From IMG/VR virus record IMGVR_UViG_3300032218_000050, positions 1-34,446 of that record: DNA of 34,446 bases; one strand, 5' to 3'. Of the stretch, positions 1 to 10,539 are shown in pieces. Each line of letters opens with the position of its first letter. Positions within the stretch are counted from its first letter, which is position 1. Both the position numbers and the translations under genes were made by a program. The notes beneath the pieces were generated by a model. It was not told the DNA's origin, ran no database searches, and saw only the letters and a program-made list of their open reading frames with translations. The stretch is from a virus. Taxonomy: Duplodnaviria > Caudoviricetes.

Positions 1-298
1 GGCGAATGTTTTTAGACAACCATGAATCACTAGCCATGTCTGCGTTCCAGCGCCCTGTGACATTGTTATCTTCGTTCTTCATAGCGTCTGCCGCTACTTT
101 GGTCATCTCTAATTCAAGTTCCGCTATTTTCTGCGCGGCTTGTGGGTCACCAGCAATAGCCTTGGCTACCGCCTCGACAGAATCACTACAACCCAGCCGA
201 CCAGAAATAGCAGTAACAGCGGCAAGACCCAGAGGCCCAGCAACAGCACCAGCAAGACTAGGCGCAATGCCTTTAAGCAAGTTAAATAAATCATTCAT
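1..298 (-). CDS. Putative holin (3TM-holin-like), 3' end truncated by the window edge
   Basis: Not in the ORF track. Read by hand from ATG at 298 (TAATG overlap with the upstream stop): MNDLFNLLKGIAPSLAGAVAGPLG...RWNADMASDSWLSKNIR. The R-W-x-A-D-M-x-S-D-S-W-L-S-K-N-I-R stretch is typical of the region before the TM helices in this family. Would sit next to the endolysin if the genome is circular. Confidence 0.65.
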   Translation of the reverse strand, partial: MNDLFNLLKGIAPSLAGAVAGPLGLAAVTAISGRLGCSDSVEAVAKAIAGDPQAAQKIAELELEMTKVAADAMKNEDNNVTGRWNADMASDSWLSKNIR

Positions 299-441
299 TA
301 TTTTTCCCTTAGTTGTTGTAACTGGCGGTTAATTTGGCGTTCTTTCTTTTCAATCCGCATTTCTGCCTTTTGTATCTTTATCCACATCATCACCATCACA
401 GGCGTAATGATTAAGATGATGGACAAAATAACGCAAAGCAT
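298..441 (-). CDS. Small membrane protein (N-terminal TM plus basic coiled coil), lysis region
   Basis: MLCVILSIILIITPVMVMMW followed by a K/R/Q-rich tail. Start uncertain (441 or 474). Confidence 0.55.
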   Translation of the reverse strand: MLCVILSIILIITPVMVMMWIKIQKAEMRIEKKERQINRQLQQLREK

Positions 442-443
442 AA

Positions 444-1151
444 TCAGAATCCCTCGGTAAATGAATTTATCCATACGGCATAAAGCCAAGAAACAATCAT
501 TAGCACCAAGAACAACCCCATGCTAAGTTCAATTTTTTCTTGTCTAAACCTTTCCCGTTTGTAGGCTTCGCGTTGCCTTCTGATTCTGATTTGCTCTTTT
601 CTCTTTTGTTGTTCTATTTGTACCTTAGAGTAAATCTGGTTGTAGTTGTCCCAGAGTGGCCCCAGTTGATAAGGAACACCAGCGCCCCTCATCATTCCAC
701 TTAGTTTTACATAAAACTGGTCTAGTTCGTTTTTGTAAACAGAGAGTTCCAAAATCTCTTGAGGGTCTGGGTCAGCGCTTCTAAATACTTCTTCATATTT
801 AATTTCAACATATTCGGTTAACTCCTTATGATGTTTAAAAAATTGTCCTAAATGTCCTATAAATTGTTGGACTATTTCGGATTCGTTTGGGATGTGGGTT
901 GTGTAGGTTTCTTTCTTTTTGCCCACAGGCTTGGCTTCAGAGGTGGTTGTTTCGGTTTTAGACCCAAATAATCCGACAAAGAAACCCCAGATTCCCTTGG
1001 CTTCTTTGACAATGGTTTGTGCATCTTCGGTTGCCTGTTTTACCTTTTTTATCGCTACTTTGCCTTGGTTAAGCGCTTCACAGCAATAGGTAATCCCATC
1101 GTATGCAAGTTGCAATGCTTTGAACGCAACGCCAATGGTAAGCGGGTCAAT
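444..1151 (-). CDS. Hypothetical protein with coiled coil and C-terminal TM helix
   Basis: Long ORF with C-terminal LSMGLFLVLMIVSWLYAVW. Start is either TTG at 1115 or ATT at 1151 (see findings). Confidence 0.75.
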   Translation of the reverse strand: MDPLTIGVAFKALQLAYDGITYCCEALNQGKVAIKKVKQATEDAQTIVKEAKGIWGFFVGLFGSKTETTTSEAKPVGKKKETYTTHIPNESEIVQQFIGHLGQFFKHHKELTEYVEIKYEEVFRSADPDPQEILELSVYKNELDQFYVKLSGMMRGAGVPYQLGPLWDNYNQIYSKVQIEQQKRKEQIRIRRQREAYKRERFRQEKIELSMGLFLVLMIVSWLYAVWINSFTEGF

Positions 1152-1377
1152 TTTGTTTGCCTATGAAATGGGAAATATAACCAATAGCAGAAGATAAAGC
1201 GCTAATAAACACCATGCCAGCCCAAAAGCCACCGCGACCCTTATTAGCAAGTTCGATAAGTTTTTCAAGTTGAGATTCCATCTTCTCCATCTTCTTATCC
1301 ATATCATCAAAGCGTCTTTCGTAATCTTCAACTTTCTGCCAAAGTACGCCATATTTGACTAAATCAATGTCAGACAT
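1147..1377 (-). CDS. Small coiled-coil plus TM protein
   Basis: Heptad-like MDKKMEKMESQLEKL followed by hydrophobic GFWAGMVFISALSSAIGYI. Tightly packed with neighbours. Confidence 0.75.
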   Translation of the reverse strand: MSDIDLVKYGVLWQKVEDYERRFDDMDKKMEKMESQLEKLIELANKGRGGFWAGMVFISALSSAIGYISHFIGKQN

Positions 1378-1378
1378 A

Positions 1379-2119
1379 TTAAGACTTCTGGATATACGCT
1401 AAAGCGTAGTAAGTTGGCAAGATAGAGAAAGCAGTACCAGAAGCACCGCCAGAACCGCCACCAGAAACAGAAACAGTAAGATTAGTTGATACAGCAGATG
1501 TGAGTGCAGAACCCGCTGAACCCAATCCACCAGTACCACCACCGCCAGGCGATGCTGGCGTGTTGTATGAGTGTTGGTGCGGAGTTTCATTAACAGTTGC
1601 GGTGTGCGTATGCGCTGGCAAATTAGTTGATGCCAACGATACAGTAGTTGCACCGCCCGTGGCGTTTACCGCATAAGTAGTACCAGCACCAACAATAAAT
1701 CTGTCTGTCAGGTTAGGTGTGCCGTTAGAGCCATCGCACAAATACCAGCCACTAGGAATAGAACCAATCGAGCCAGACCACATGGCAATAAGTCCAGCGG
1801 GAATCGTAGCGCCCGTTGCTGGCTGTGTACCAATAATTCCATACAAGTTATCGTATGTTTGTATAGTAGTTCCACCAGAGTCTTTAAGTACAAACTTGTA
1901 GTTATAGCCGTAGGTCAGCCATATCTCGCTAGATGGTCTGCCATCAGTACCCAACACGATAGGGTTAGCGTTAGCCGTGTTACCCGTGTTATCGGTATAG
2001 GTAGCAAGGGGTGTAGATGAACCCGCTTGGTAAGTGTAGATTAGACCGCCAGCAAGGGGTTGACCAGTAGTGGTAAAGAACTGAAAGCCGTTACCGATTG
2101 GGGAAAGATTGACTGCCAT
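1379..2119 (-). CDS. Tail fibre/tail-collar domain protein
   Basis: IPAGLIAMWSGSIGSIPSGWYLCDGSNGTPNLTDRFIVGAG collar motif, LPAHTH metal-type motif, ends PTYYALAYIQK. AAGGA RBS upstream. Confidence 0.85.
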   Translation of the reverse strand: MAVNLSPIGNGFQFFTTTGQPLAGGLIYTYQAGSSTPLATYTDNTGNTANANPIVLGTDGRPSSEIWLTYGYNYKFVLKDSGGTTIQTYDNLYGIIGTQPATGATIPAGLIAMWSGSIGSIPSGWYLCDGSNGTPNLTDRFIVGAGTTYAVNATGGATTVSLASTNLPAHTHTATVNETPHQHSYNTPASPGGGGTGGLGSAGSALTSAVSTNLTVSVSGGGSGGASGTAFSILPTYYALAYIQKS

Positions 2120-2128
2120 GTGTGTCCT

Positions 2129-3778
2129 TTAAGGTCTATCAGGAAGCATATTGCTTAGTTCAATACGATTCGGATTTGTTTGTTGGTCGGTATATAGTAA
2201 ATTTGCTAAAGCGTTTGCATTTCTTGGGTTTAAACCAGTTACATCAGCAAAGTCTGATAGTTTTCTTGCCCCACGACCGCCAAGATATAAACCTTCACCA
2301 ACAACTCTTGGCGTTTGAAAAGGAATTGATGCTAAAAATGCGGGGTTTGTAAATCCAGCAACAAGAGAACCAGTTTCAACTCCACCAGCCAAACCTCTAG
2401 CCGTAGGGGAACTTAGCGCTTGACCAGACAAAGCACTAATAAAAGGTCTGCCACCTTCCATCTCAAGTTGTTGTGCAAGACTTAAACGATTGCCGTAATT
2501 GGTGCTTGCATTGTTTCTAGTCAAACTTTGTAATTTACGAATTGCAGTATCAGCAGAAGCGCGGTCACCCAAAGATAAAGCGCGTTCAATTTCATTAATA
2601 TCGTCTGAAGCATTTGCGTAATCTGACATTACTTCAGCATATTTAGGCGCTTGTCTAGATATAGTTCCTCTTACAGAATCATAAATATTTTTTCCTATAC
2701 GACCAGCATTTCTTTCGTTTGGAGGCAATTCATTGTTGATAGCACCAAGACGCTGTTTAAGTTTGTCTAAACCTTCTGGCGTATGGTAAGTATCAGGATG
2801 TGACGCTTTCCAATCTGCAATTTCTTGTTCTAATTTTTGCAAATGATTAAATGCCGAATCATCTACAACTTTTCCATGATAAGTCACATCACCAATAGCA
2901 TCTGTTATTGATTTGTCAATGTCAGCAAAATCTAAAACGCTTTTGTCTTTAGAAATGTCAACCATGCCAGAACGATAGGCTTGGCTTTTCTTTTGGCGCA
3001 TTACATTTAAATTGTGTTTTGCGTCATCTAATGCTTTTGTCATTGGTGCTTCACCACGCAAATTAGCAAGGAAAGTTTTATCGCCTTGAAAACCCGCTTT
3101 AGCGGCATTGGAAATATTTTCTGAGCCTGTTCCCGTCAGTAAACCTAATGCTGGTGTACCAACTTTTCCTACTAAAGATGTAACAGCAGTTAATGGGTTA
3201 GTGTATTTAGCACCAGTTTCCAATATTTTTTCTGACGCACGAAGCACAGGCGCAACTTTTGTTGCACCACCTATTTCGCTAAGTTTTGCTAAACCGCCCA
3301 TGCCACCAGAACCCATAGATAGGACAGTAGAAATATCAGAAGCAACACCTACTGGGTCTTTTGCCAAAGCCTGTTTAAAACCTTCAGCGCTTCCATAACG
3401 CTCTTTGAAATGTTCTGCCATAGCCTGACCAGCAACTTTGCCGCGACCTATGGCTGGTTTGGCATTTGGGTCAATCATTGATTCTGGAATTACCTTAGAC
3501 AACCCTGCTTGCATTAAATCAGAAATAGAAGATAGCGTTTGTTTTGGGTTAGTTATGCTGTCATACAAACCTTTAGCAAACTCTAAAGCGCTAGGGCCAA
3601 CATTTGCGTAGGCTTGTGTGGCTACATCAATCAAAGGCATACCTTCTTGTGGTTGTGCGTTTTGAATTATGTTTGCAAAGTTTTCTGAAGATACAGGCGT
3701 TGACTTTCCTGCTGGCTTTCCTTCTTGAACAAGACCAAATAAATCGCTAGAACTGATAGGTTTTTTTGTATCGCCCAT
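2129..3778 (-). CDS. Putative DNA ejection/internal virion protein
   Basis: 549 aa, helical and Ala/Gly-rich; third of three large ORFs after the tail hub (P22 gp7-gp20-gp16 position). Function inferred from synteny. Confidence 0.6.
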   Translation of the reverse strand: MGDTKKPISSSDLFGLVQEGKPAGKSTPVSSENFANIIQNAQPQEGMPLIDVATQAYANVGPSALEFAKGLYDSITNPKQTLSSISDLMQAGLSKVIPESMIDPNAKPAIGRGKVAGQAMAEHFKERYGSAEGFKQALAKDPVGVASDISTVLSMGSGGMGGLAKLSEIGGATKVAPVLRASEKILETGAKYTNPLTAVTSLVGKVGTPALGLLTGTGSENISNAAKAGFQGDKTFLANLRGEAPMTKALDDAKHNLNVMRQKKSQAYRSGMVDISKDKSVLDFADIDKSITDAIGDVTYHGKVVDDSAFNHLQKLEQEIADWKASHPDTYHTPEGLDKLKQRLGAINNELPPNERNAGRIGKNIYDSVRGTISRQAPKYAEVMSDYANASDDINEIERALSLGDRASADTAIRKLQSLTRNNASTNYGNRLSLAQQLEMEGGRPFISALSGQALSSPTARGLAGGVETGSLVAGFTNPAFLASIPFQTPRVVGEGLYLGGRGARKLSDFADVTGLNPRNANALANLLYTDQQTNPNRIELSNMLPDRP

Positions 3779-5424
3779 TATCTTGCTCCACGAACTAGAT
3801 TTTCCAATTCTTGTTTCTTCTCAAACAACTTATCCATTTGGTCTTTTGACATTCCACCAAATGTTTTTTTCAGTTGTTGCACATCAGATTTAGATAAATC
3901 TTCCATTGCTCTATCACCAACAATACCAAGCAAATGAGTCACATTGCGGTCTTGGTTAAGCATATTAAACTTGTTTTCAAAGTCATTGATAGCCGCTAAG
4001 TTTGGTTTATTTGGGTTTCCTTGGTATTTCAAAATACCTTGGTTTAGCAAACGCTGTGAAGCCAACAAACCTTTGTCGTTATAAATAATGTCACGCAACG
4101 CATTTATGTCAGTACCAAAACTTCCAGATGCCATCTTTTGTGAATCTTCGTCTTGGTTAGAACGCAAAGCATTTTGACGAATTCTTTGTTCAAGATATTT
4201 TTGAATTTCTACTTCTTCAGAATTTAAACCAATGCCACCAGTCTTTTTGGAAATTGCTTCAGCAAGTTTACCAACGCGAATGTTTTTGCTTTCCAACAAT
4301 TTAAGAACTTTGTTGTTTGTAAATTCTTGGTTAGGAATTGAATCGTTGTTAGCCAAACTAAGTTCTTTATTTGCTTGCGCAGGCAATGCGGCCAATCTAG
4401 CAACACGCGCTTTATAAGTGTCCACGTGTTCGCCTTGCGACATTTCCAAACCGCCTTTTGCGCCAAACTGTTGGTTCATACCAGTTGCCGCACCGCTAAC
4501 TGGCGCAACAGCAGGCGCTCTGGTAGGCGCACCAACAGGCGCACCAGCAGGCTGTCTAAATTGCATTGCTGGTGGCTGTAAAACTGGGTTAGGTGCTGGG
4601 TTAATAATTCCAGAAGAATTACCACCGCCATATTGTTTTGGTAATCCAGTTTCGCTTGTAGCAAGTTGGGGCGCAAGAGTTTTGTCAGAAATAACACCAG
4701 TTTTTGCAATGCTTGGTGTTAATCCTCCAACACTAGGTGTAGCAACGGTTGAAATAATATTTCCACCAGCATCAACAGACCCACCTTTGGGTGAAAATGC
4801 CGCTATTGCTTCTGTTGGATTTAAAAGATTTTCCATTGCTCTTATGCCCGCTGATGCCATATCAGCATCTTTTGGCATTTGTTTAATTAAATCTTTTTGC
4901 GCGTCAATTAGTCTTTGTAATCTTTTATTATCAGGGTGAAATTTTGCTTGGTTATCAAGTTCTTGAAGATAAACATTTTTATCTTTTACATTCATTCTTC
5001 CTAAAACACCAAGAGGGCCAGCAATAATGGCGCGTTCACCTTGAGTTAAATCTTGTGTGGCTTTAAGATTTTCGGTTTGTGACTTTGCTAATGTAGTTAA
5101 TTTTTCAATGTGGTCACGACCAGTTAAAGGCGCAATTTTTGTAACTTCAGCATTGATTTTGTTTACATCTACATCGCCAGTTTCATTTTGCCAATTTTGT
5201 GGGTTTGACATAAATGACTGTAAATTTTTACGCTCTAAATCACCTTGTTCTTTTACGCTTAAATCAATTTGCCCAGTTCGAGCCTCTTGCTGTGCGCGTT
5301 GCAACACCAACGGGTTAACTTGTTCTGCTTGTTGATAAGCCTGTGCGCCACGCGCCATATTAACCATGTCCCCAAGAGACATCATTGCTGGTGGTTTAAT
5401 CGAAAGTGCTACTGGTTCTGCCAT
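3778..5424 (-). CDS. Putative DNA ejection/internal virion protein
   Basis: 548 aa, Gln/Ala-rich N-terminus, Pro/Ala linker; follows the gp7-like gene. Confidence 0.6.
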   Translation of the reverse strand: MAEPVALSIKPPAMMSLGDMVNMARGAQAYQQAEQVNPLVLQRAQQEARTGQIDLSVKEQGDLERKNLQSFMSNPQNWQNETGDVDVNKINAEVTKIAPLTGRDHIEKLTTLAKSQTENLKATQDLTQGERAIIAGPLGVLGRMNVKDKNVYLQELDNQAKFHPDNKRLQRLIDAQKDLIKQMPKDADMASAGIRAMENLLNPTEAIAAFSPKGGSVDAGGNIISTVATPSVGGLTPSIAKTGVISDKTLAPQLATSETGLPKQYGGGNSSGIINPAPNPVLQPPAMQFRQPAGAPVGAPTRAPAVAPVSGAATGMNQQFGAKGGLEMSQGEHVDTYKARVARLAALPAQANKELSLANNDSIPNQEFTNNKVLKLLESKNIRVGKLAEAISKKTGGIGLNSEEVEIQKYLEQRIRQNALRSNQDEDSQKMASGSFGTDINALRDIIYNDKGLLASQRLLNQGILKYQGNPNKPNLAAINDFENKFNMLNQDRNVTHLLGIVGDRAMEDLSKSDVQQLKKTFGGMSKDQMDKLFEKKQELENLVRGAR

Positions 5425-5433
5425 GATTATTCC

Positions 5434-6267
5434 TTATGTTGTTCTCAGCACTAAACCTTGACCACCACCCATATCTGGGTTTGGTTGTGAAATAGTTGGT
5501 GATGAAGTAGGCGTATACCCACTATTACTTAATGAATAATTAACACCACTTTTAGGCGCTAACATTTGAGACAACATATAGTTTTGACCAGCACCAACAA
5601 TACCGCCACCTAAAGCATTTGCAGAACCAACGATTCCACTTGCTTGTGCTTGTCCTAATCCTTGAATAGTGTTTCCAACATTAGTTGCCGCATTGCCTGC
5701 CGCAGTTGCGTAAGTATTTGTAGCGTTTTGACCAAGACCAGCAATCCCAGCCAAAGTGTTGTAAATGTTTGTACGACCAGTTTGAAAACGATTAAAGGCG
5801 TTAGTAAATTCACCTGACGCTAATCCTTGGGTGTAATCTTCTTGCCCTTTTAAAGCATTTCCACTAAGCATACCGCCACCCATGTTTGCCATGCGGTTGG
5901 TGGCTTCTTGACCTTGTTGCAGTCGGAATTGGTAGCCTGGGTCTTGTCCCTTTGCAAATTCTTCTGGCGTGTATTGTTGGGTTAGATAACCAGAGCCTGT
6001 GCCAGTTCCAATTTGATTTCCATTGGCATCGTACATTCCATATGTGCCAGAACCCAATGCACCTAATTGATTTAAAGCATTAGCACCAGCCGCACGACCG
6101 CCAGTCGTCTGTTGTTGAATAGTGTTGAACTGTTGTTTTTGAAATTCCAACGCTTGTTGTGCCGCATTTGCTTGAACATCCGCCGCTTTCTTGGCGGCTT
6201 CTGAACCCATATAACCAGCCGCGAGAGTTCCACCTCCCATAATCATTGCCGCAGTTACATATGCCAT
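5434..6267 (-). CDS. DNA transfer/ejection protein, P22 gp7-like
   Basis: Gly/Ala/Gln-rich, with DPGYQFRLQQG...GGMLSGNALK motif typical of gp7-like pilot proteins. Confidence 0.75.
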   Translation of the reverse strand: MAYVTAAMIMGGGTLAAGYMGSEAAKKAADVQANAAQQALEFQKQQFNTIQQQTTGGRAAGANALNQLGALGSGTYGMYDANGNQIGTGTGSGYLTQQYTPEEFAKGQDPGYQFRLQQGQEATNRMANMGGGMLSGNALKGQEDYTQGLASGEFTNAFNRFQTGRTNIYNTLAGIAGLGQNATNTYATAAGNAATNVGNTIQGLGQAQASGIVGSANALGGGIVGAGQNYMLSQMLAPKSGVNYSLSNSGYTPTSSPTISQPNPDMGGGQGLVLRTT

Positions 6268-6708
6268 TTACTTATCCTCCAAGGCTTGCACCTTTAGTTT
6301 GTTTGATGAGTCGTAAAGTGCCAACTCATCTGGTTCTATCAATTCTTTTTCAATCTTGTCTAAATTTGTTTTATTTGTTTTATGAAAGTTAATGTAAATT
6401 GAATCATTAACAGCCAAAATCACTCTTTTTGTGCCTGCTTTTGAACAAAGTACATCGCCAGCGTTCATTGTTACCATGCCGTTTTCCGACCAAGCAATAA
6501 TTTGACCTTTGGCGCACATAAAAAAATGGTCTTTCTTATGTATCTTGCCAACAACCAACAAGCCTGCTGGCGCTATTAACTTTCGACAATACATTCCACC
6601 AGAAAAGTAATGCTCAGTTTCCAACTCAGGTTGGGGCATTTCACTTATTTCACTCTGTAAACGCTTAATTTCGTCAAGCGTTGGTACATGGTGTTCTGTT
6701 AATTCCAT
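6268..6708 (-). CDS. Cupin-fold (double-stranded beta helix) protein
   Basis: HYFSGGMYCR...PAG...GKIHKKDHFF...G...AGD...AGTKR pattern. Start reassigned to ATG 6708, just after the upstream stop. Confidence 0.65.
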   Translation of the reverse strand: MELTEHHVPTLDEIKRLQSEISEMPQPELETEHYFSGGMYCRKLIAPAGLLVVGKIHKKDHFFMCAKGQIIAWSENGMVTMNAGDVLCSKAGTKRVILAVNDSIYINFHKTNKTNLDKIEKELIEPDELALYDSSNKLKVQALEDK

Positions 6709-6709
6709 A

Positions 6710-6946
6710 TTAGACATTGTAATATGGCACTTTGTATGGCACACCATTTATGGTGATGTTTATGAACCCAACGGGGTTAGCAGGCAAAGTCGCAGAGCCA
6801 GCCGTAGCCGTAGGCGCAGAACTGAAGTTAAGCAGATTAAGGAAGAACTGTTGCCATGCCCTTGTGGGGCGCTTAGTCTGTCCATCCAAGAACTCAGTCT
6901 GTGGGTACGGGTTTAACTGCGTGGTGTTGGAAATGCCCGTAGCCAT
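6710..6946 (-). CDS. Small virion-associated hypothetical protein
   Basis: 78-aa ORF coupled to the tail-hub stop (TAATG); RAWQQFF motif. Confidence 0.7.
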   Translation of the reverse strand: MATGISNTTQLNPYPQTEFLDGQTKRPTRAWQQFFLNLLNFSSAPTATAGSATLPANPVGFINITINGVPYKVPYYNV

Positions 6947-9237
6947 TAGTTTTCCCCTGCCGTTGCTTTTAAATTAGCCGAGATAATTACCGCGTTGATA
7001 GGGTCACTTACCACTACCTCAAACACTCTATCTCTAGCCATACCCAATCTGCGCCAAATAGCACGATTCTTGTACTTACCTATCTTGCCAATAGAAGTCC
7101 AATATTCTTTTGACCAAGTAGAGCCACCATCGTTTGACCAACGAAGCATAGCCTGCGGGTCAGCGCCTACTGTTTCGCTATTTAAAGGAGTAGTAATGCC
7201 AGAGATGCCCACGCCAGGCTGAAACTGGATTTGCAGTTCATCAAAGTATTGACGTTGGAAATCAGATACAAGGTGTGGCGCTCTGCGAAGCCTGCGCGTG
7301 TATTGACCATTATCTGTGTAGTTGTTTTTGTCTAACTCGTAAATAGAGCCATTGGAGTAATCACCAATCAAAACCATACCTTGAAACACCGCACAGCAAT
7401 TACCTCTGTGACGAGTATATGTTCCATTATTGTTGGTGTACAGCCATTTGTGCCACATTCCAGAGGCTAGGTCATATGCCCAAGTTAACTCTAGCGTTGG
7501 GAAAGACACTACATAAACTTCGTGACCTTCTAACTGGTAAGTCCAAGCAATAGCATCATCTACATATTGATTGGTTATGGAGTTTTCGACAGCGTGGTTA
7601 GATATGCGAGTAGGAACATACCCTTTCATCTGCATAATCTGCGCTTGACCTCGGTTGTTGCGCGATACATAACAGAATGAATCACCAAACCTAGCAAGGG
7701 AAAACTTAGCCGCAATGCCGTGTTGGGTGTTAGTGCCTGGGATTCTTGAAAAAGGGAAAGGGTTTCCACCTACATCAGTCCATACCTCAGAGGAGTTCTC
7801 ACCCATTAGGTAAACTTCGCGGTGGTCAACAATAAGCGCCACTAGGTTATCTGGTGAACCATCTTTGCTAGAAAACGATGTGTTGCCAGAAATAGGCGAT
7901 GACACGCCAGATGCACCAAATTGTTGTGATGCTGGTCTGTTGTATACAAAGTAGTTATCAACAATGTCGCAAGTCTCACCGCCCGTAAATGCACCATCGC
8001 TTGATGGCAACACAGTCCAATTAAGAGCGTAAAGGGATGCACCAACAGCGGTATACATCTGTTCTGATGCTATTGTCTGTGAAGCGCTTACTGTATAACT
8101 TTGACCACTAATAGCGGTAGAAGCCGTTGCGGTTGTTTGTGTTGTATTCCAAGTACTACCCGTTCCGCTACCACTTATATTTGAGGTAATACGAGTGCCT
8201 GCCGTTACATTTGTGCCAGTTAACACTTGACCAACAGAAATAGTGCCAGAAGTTAGCACGCCAATCGTCAAAATTCCAGTAGTAACGGCAATACTTGAAC
8301 CCGTAGAGGTAAAAGGATTAGATGCTGTTATGGTAGTTCCATCAGTTACGCCAGCGCCATATACATATTGACCAACCGATATTGTTCCGCTATTTACAAC
8401 AGTTGCACTTAAAACTGTGCCAGCAATTTGCCCCGTAAAATTAGAAGAAGAAGAAATTTGAGAGTTATTAACTGTATATGTTCCAACCCCACCAGTACCA
8501 GTACCAAGAGCCGTAATAATCGTTTGAGCAGTTATGCCAGAACCTTGAATAGTCTGACCAACATATAAAGTTCCGCTAGTAACAGACGTAACATTTAATG
8601 TTGTAGCAGTTATTGCACCAGTAAAAATAGCACCAGCGCTAGAGGTATACATCTGGCTAGAAGCGATGCTTTGGGATAACCCTATGGTGTATGTACCCGC
8701 ACCACCGCTACCGCTACCAAGAGCCGTTATAACTGTTTCTTGTAACGCGCCCACAGCAAATAAGTTTTGACCAACAGCAATAGTTCCAGAATTCATGGTG
8801 GCAACAGTCAAAGTCGTGCCAGATGTAGAGCCAGTAAAAATAGCCGATGTAACAGTGGAAATACGCCATGTATAGCGATATGTGCCGTCTACGATGTAAG
8901 CATTTATGCCGTTATCAGATATGGTTACGCGACCAGTTGTTGTGTTTAACTGCCCAATCATCGTTGGTGTTAGCACATTGTTAAAAACATATACATAAGC
9001 ACCACAAACCACAAGCATCCGAGCGCCACCAGAAAGGGTACGCATACCGCGCACTTCTTGGGTGTTTGGCAATATGGCTTTAATCGTAAGACCTGGCGTT
9101 GGATAGAGCGCCACCACCCCTCGGTCACCAGGCTGTTTAAGTGGGTCAACTTCTGGAAGGAAGTTTATGCACTCATTCGAGTCTTGGTAAACCGAAGTCG
9201 CTGGATAAGAAGGGCCAACAAAGCCAAAATCTGCCAT
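6946..9237 (-). CDS. Tail hub / packaged-DNA stabilisation protein, P22 gp10-like, with about 270-aa repeat insertion
   Basis: LYPTPGL N-terminus, [34 protein letters not shown] and [17 protein letters not shown]-terminus. Confidence 0.88.
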   Translation of the reverse strand: MADFGFVGPSYPATSVYQDSNECINFLPEVDPLKQPGDRGVVALYPTPGLTIKAILPNTQEVRGMRTLSGGARMLVVCGAYVYVFNNVLTPTMIGQLNTTTGRVTISDNGINAYIVDGTYRYTWRISTVTSAIFTGSTSGTTLTVATMNSGTIAVGQNLFAVGALQETVITALGSGSGGAGTYTIGLSQSIASSQMYTSSAGAIFTGAITATTLNVTSVTSGTLYVGQTIQGSGITAQTIITALGTGTGGVGTYTVNNSQISSSSNFTGQIAGTVLSATVVNSGTISVGQYVYGAGVTDGTTITASNPFTSTGSSIAVTTGILTIGVLTSGTISVGQVLTGTNVTAGTRITSNISGSGTGSTWNTTQTTATASTAISGQSYTVSASQTIASEQMYTAVGASLYALNWTVLPSSDGAFTGGETCDIVDNYFVYNRPASQQFGASGVSSPISGNTSFSSKDGSPDNLVALIVDHREVYLMGENSSEVWTDVGGNPFPFSRIPGTNTQHGIAAKFSLARFGDSFCYVSRNNRGQAQIMQMKGYVPTRISNHAVENSITNQYVDDAIAWTYQLEGHEVYVVSFPTLELTWAYDLASGMWHKWLYTNNNGTYTRHRGNCCAVFQGMVLIGDYSNGSIYELDKNNYTDNGQYTRRLRRAPHLVSDFQRQYFDELQIQFQPGVGISGITTPLNSETVGADPQAMLRWSNDGGSTWSKEYWTSIGKIGKYKNRAIWRRLGMARDRVFEVVVSDPINAVIISANLKATAGEN

Positions 9238-10217
9238 TAAGTGAATCCGCCATTCAAGATAAACCCTGCATCTTTGGCACGACCAACCAGCAATGAATCG
9301 GGGTATCTTGCCGTTTGCAATGGGCTCATGTTGGTGCGCTTTAGGGTTGCTTTTGCTTGGGCGGCATAAGCGTTAATCATAGTAATTTGAACAGTAGAAG
9401 TCTTGCCATACATAGGCATTAAACGCTCTGCCAAGCACCAGCGTAGCGCCATTGAATAGCCTTGTGGCAACGCGATGTTGTCGTACAAAGTGTTGTATCT
9501 GCTAAAAATGGTGTTAGCAAACATGTGCATTTCACCCTGCGAGGGGTTTGGCCACACAAATAGATTGCCCGTATCAGCGCCAGCATTGAAATACAACGCC
9601 TTTGGCCACGGGCCGTTTAGCGTCTTTAAACCAATCATCTCGTAATCTTCTAACGCCAAAATAGATATTGGGTAATCCAAGCCACCACTTACGATGGGCA
9701 TACCATTTGAATTAGTGTTAATACGCACAAAAGCAGAACTAATACCCAAAGGCTTTTCGTAGTAAGCAGTTATGGTGGTCGATGCTACTGTTTGGCTAAT
9801 GTCCAGTTGATAAGTGCCAACCTCATTAACATTACCGCCAGCGCCCGTCAGAAAGTCCACAATCTTTGTGCCTGCCGTAATTCCTGTACCTTTTAGGGTT
9901 TGCCCTTGTGCCACAGCACCAGAGCCAATAGCGGTAACAGTTAGCACATCACCAGTAATGGAGCCTGTAAAAGATGCGCCAATGAAGTTAGCGGTCGACG
10001 CTACTGGGCCAATCGTGTACTGAGTCTGACCCGCAATGACTGGAAAAATAATCTCAGTCACATTAAAAACCATCATGTCCTCATTCGACCATTGGTCAAT
10101 AAGGTCGTTCAGCATATCTAGCGCATCTGTTGCGGCTTCTGAAGTCGGAGTTTCTCCAGCCTCTAAAGCCCCTATGTCTTTTAATGCTCTGCTGATAATG
10201 TCAATAGGCTGAGTCAT
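9237..10217 (-). CDS. Head-tail adaptor, P22 gp4-like position, with inserted beta-module
   Basis: [17 protein letters not shown]...[14 protein letters not shown]-terminus and [19 protein letters not shown]-terminus; directly upstream of the gp10-like gene. Confidence 0.75.
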   Translation of the reverse strand: MTQPIDIISRALKDIGALEAGETPTSEAATDALDMLNDLIDQWSNEDMMVFNVTEIIFPVIAGQTQYTIGPVASTANFIGASFTGSITGDVLTVTAIGSGAVAQGQTLKGTGITAGTKIVDFLTGAGGNVNEVGTYQLDISQTVASTTITAYYEKPLGISSAFVRINTNSNGMPIVSGGLDYPISILALEDYEMIGLKTLNGPWPKALYFNAGADTGNLFVWPNPSQGEMHMFANTIFSRYNTLYDNIALPQGYSMALRWCLAERLMPMYGKTSTVQITMINAYAAQAKATLKRTNMSPLQTARYPDSLLVGRAKDAGFILNGGFT

Positions 10218-10220
10218 GGT

Positions 10221-10538
10221 TTATCCCAAATTTGGCGTAAAAACTTGTGGAAGCCATGGTGGGATAACCTTTTGTTTCTCTAAGGCTACGACCTGCTCTT
10301 CTAGGCGTGATTCTATTATATTTTTGCCTTCTCGTATAGAGTCAGCCTTTACCCAAGCAATGACATCTTGCTCTGTAACTTCATCAAATGGCTTACGCAG
10401 AACTGGGTCACCAAACCGCCAATAGCCCTCGGTTTCCACTACTGTGTCGATTTCTTGCGCTACAACGCTGTACTTGACATTAGTAATCAAGCCGTCAGTA
10501 GCGTCAATATCGTGTATTTTCCATGTGTGGGTAATCAT
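10221..10538 (-). CDS. Tail-associated hypothetical protein
   Basis: MITHTWKI...PFDEVTEQDVIAWV...PPW pattern. Start reassigned to ATG 10538. Confidence 0.7.
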   Translation of the reverse strand: MITHTWKIHDIDATDGLITNVKYSVVAQEIDTVVETEGYWRFGDPVLRKPFDEVTEQDVIAWVKADSIREGKNIIESRLEEQVVALEKQKVIPPWLPQVFTPNLG

Positions 10539-10539
10539 A

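Noticed and set aside
6-332. Plus-strand 108-aa ORF and the many other antisense ORFs over structural genes (e.g. 4418-4939, 12752-13150, 22361-22918)
   Set aside because: Shadows of well-supported minus-strand genes, with no family motifs.
4490-4555. Short GGCGCACC-type repeats
   Set aside because: Explained by a Pro/Ala linker (GAPVGAP) in the ejection protein.
6268-6708. Cupin as the TET-like oxygenase supplying hmC to the glycosyltransferase
   Set aside because: Short, lacks an HxD...H 2OG-Fe(II) signature, sits in the virion module, and no cytosine MTase is visible.
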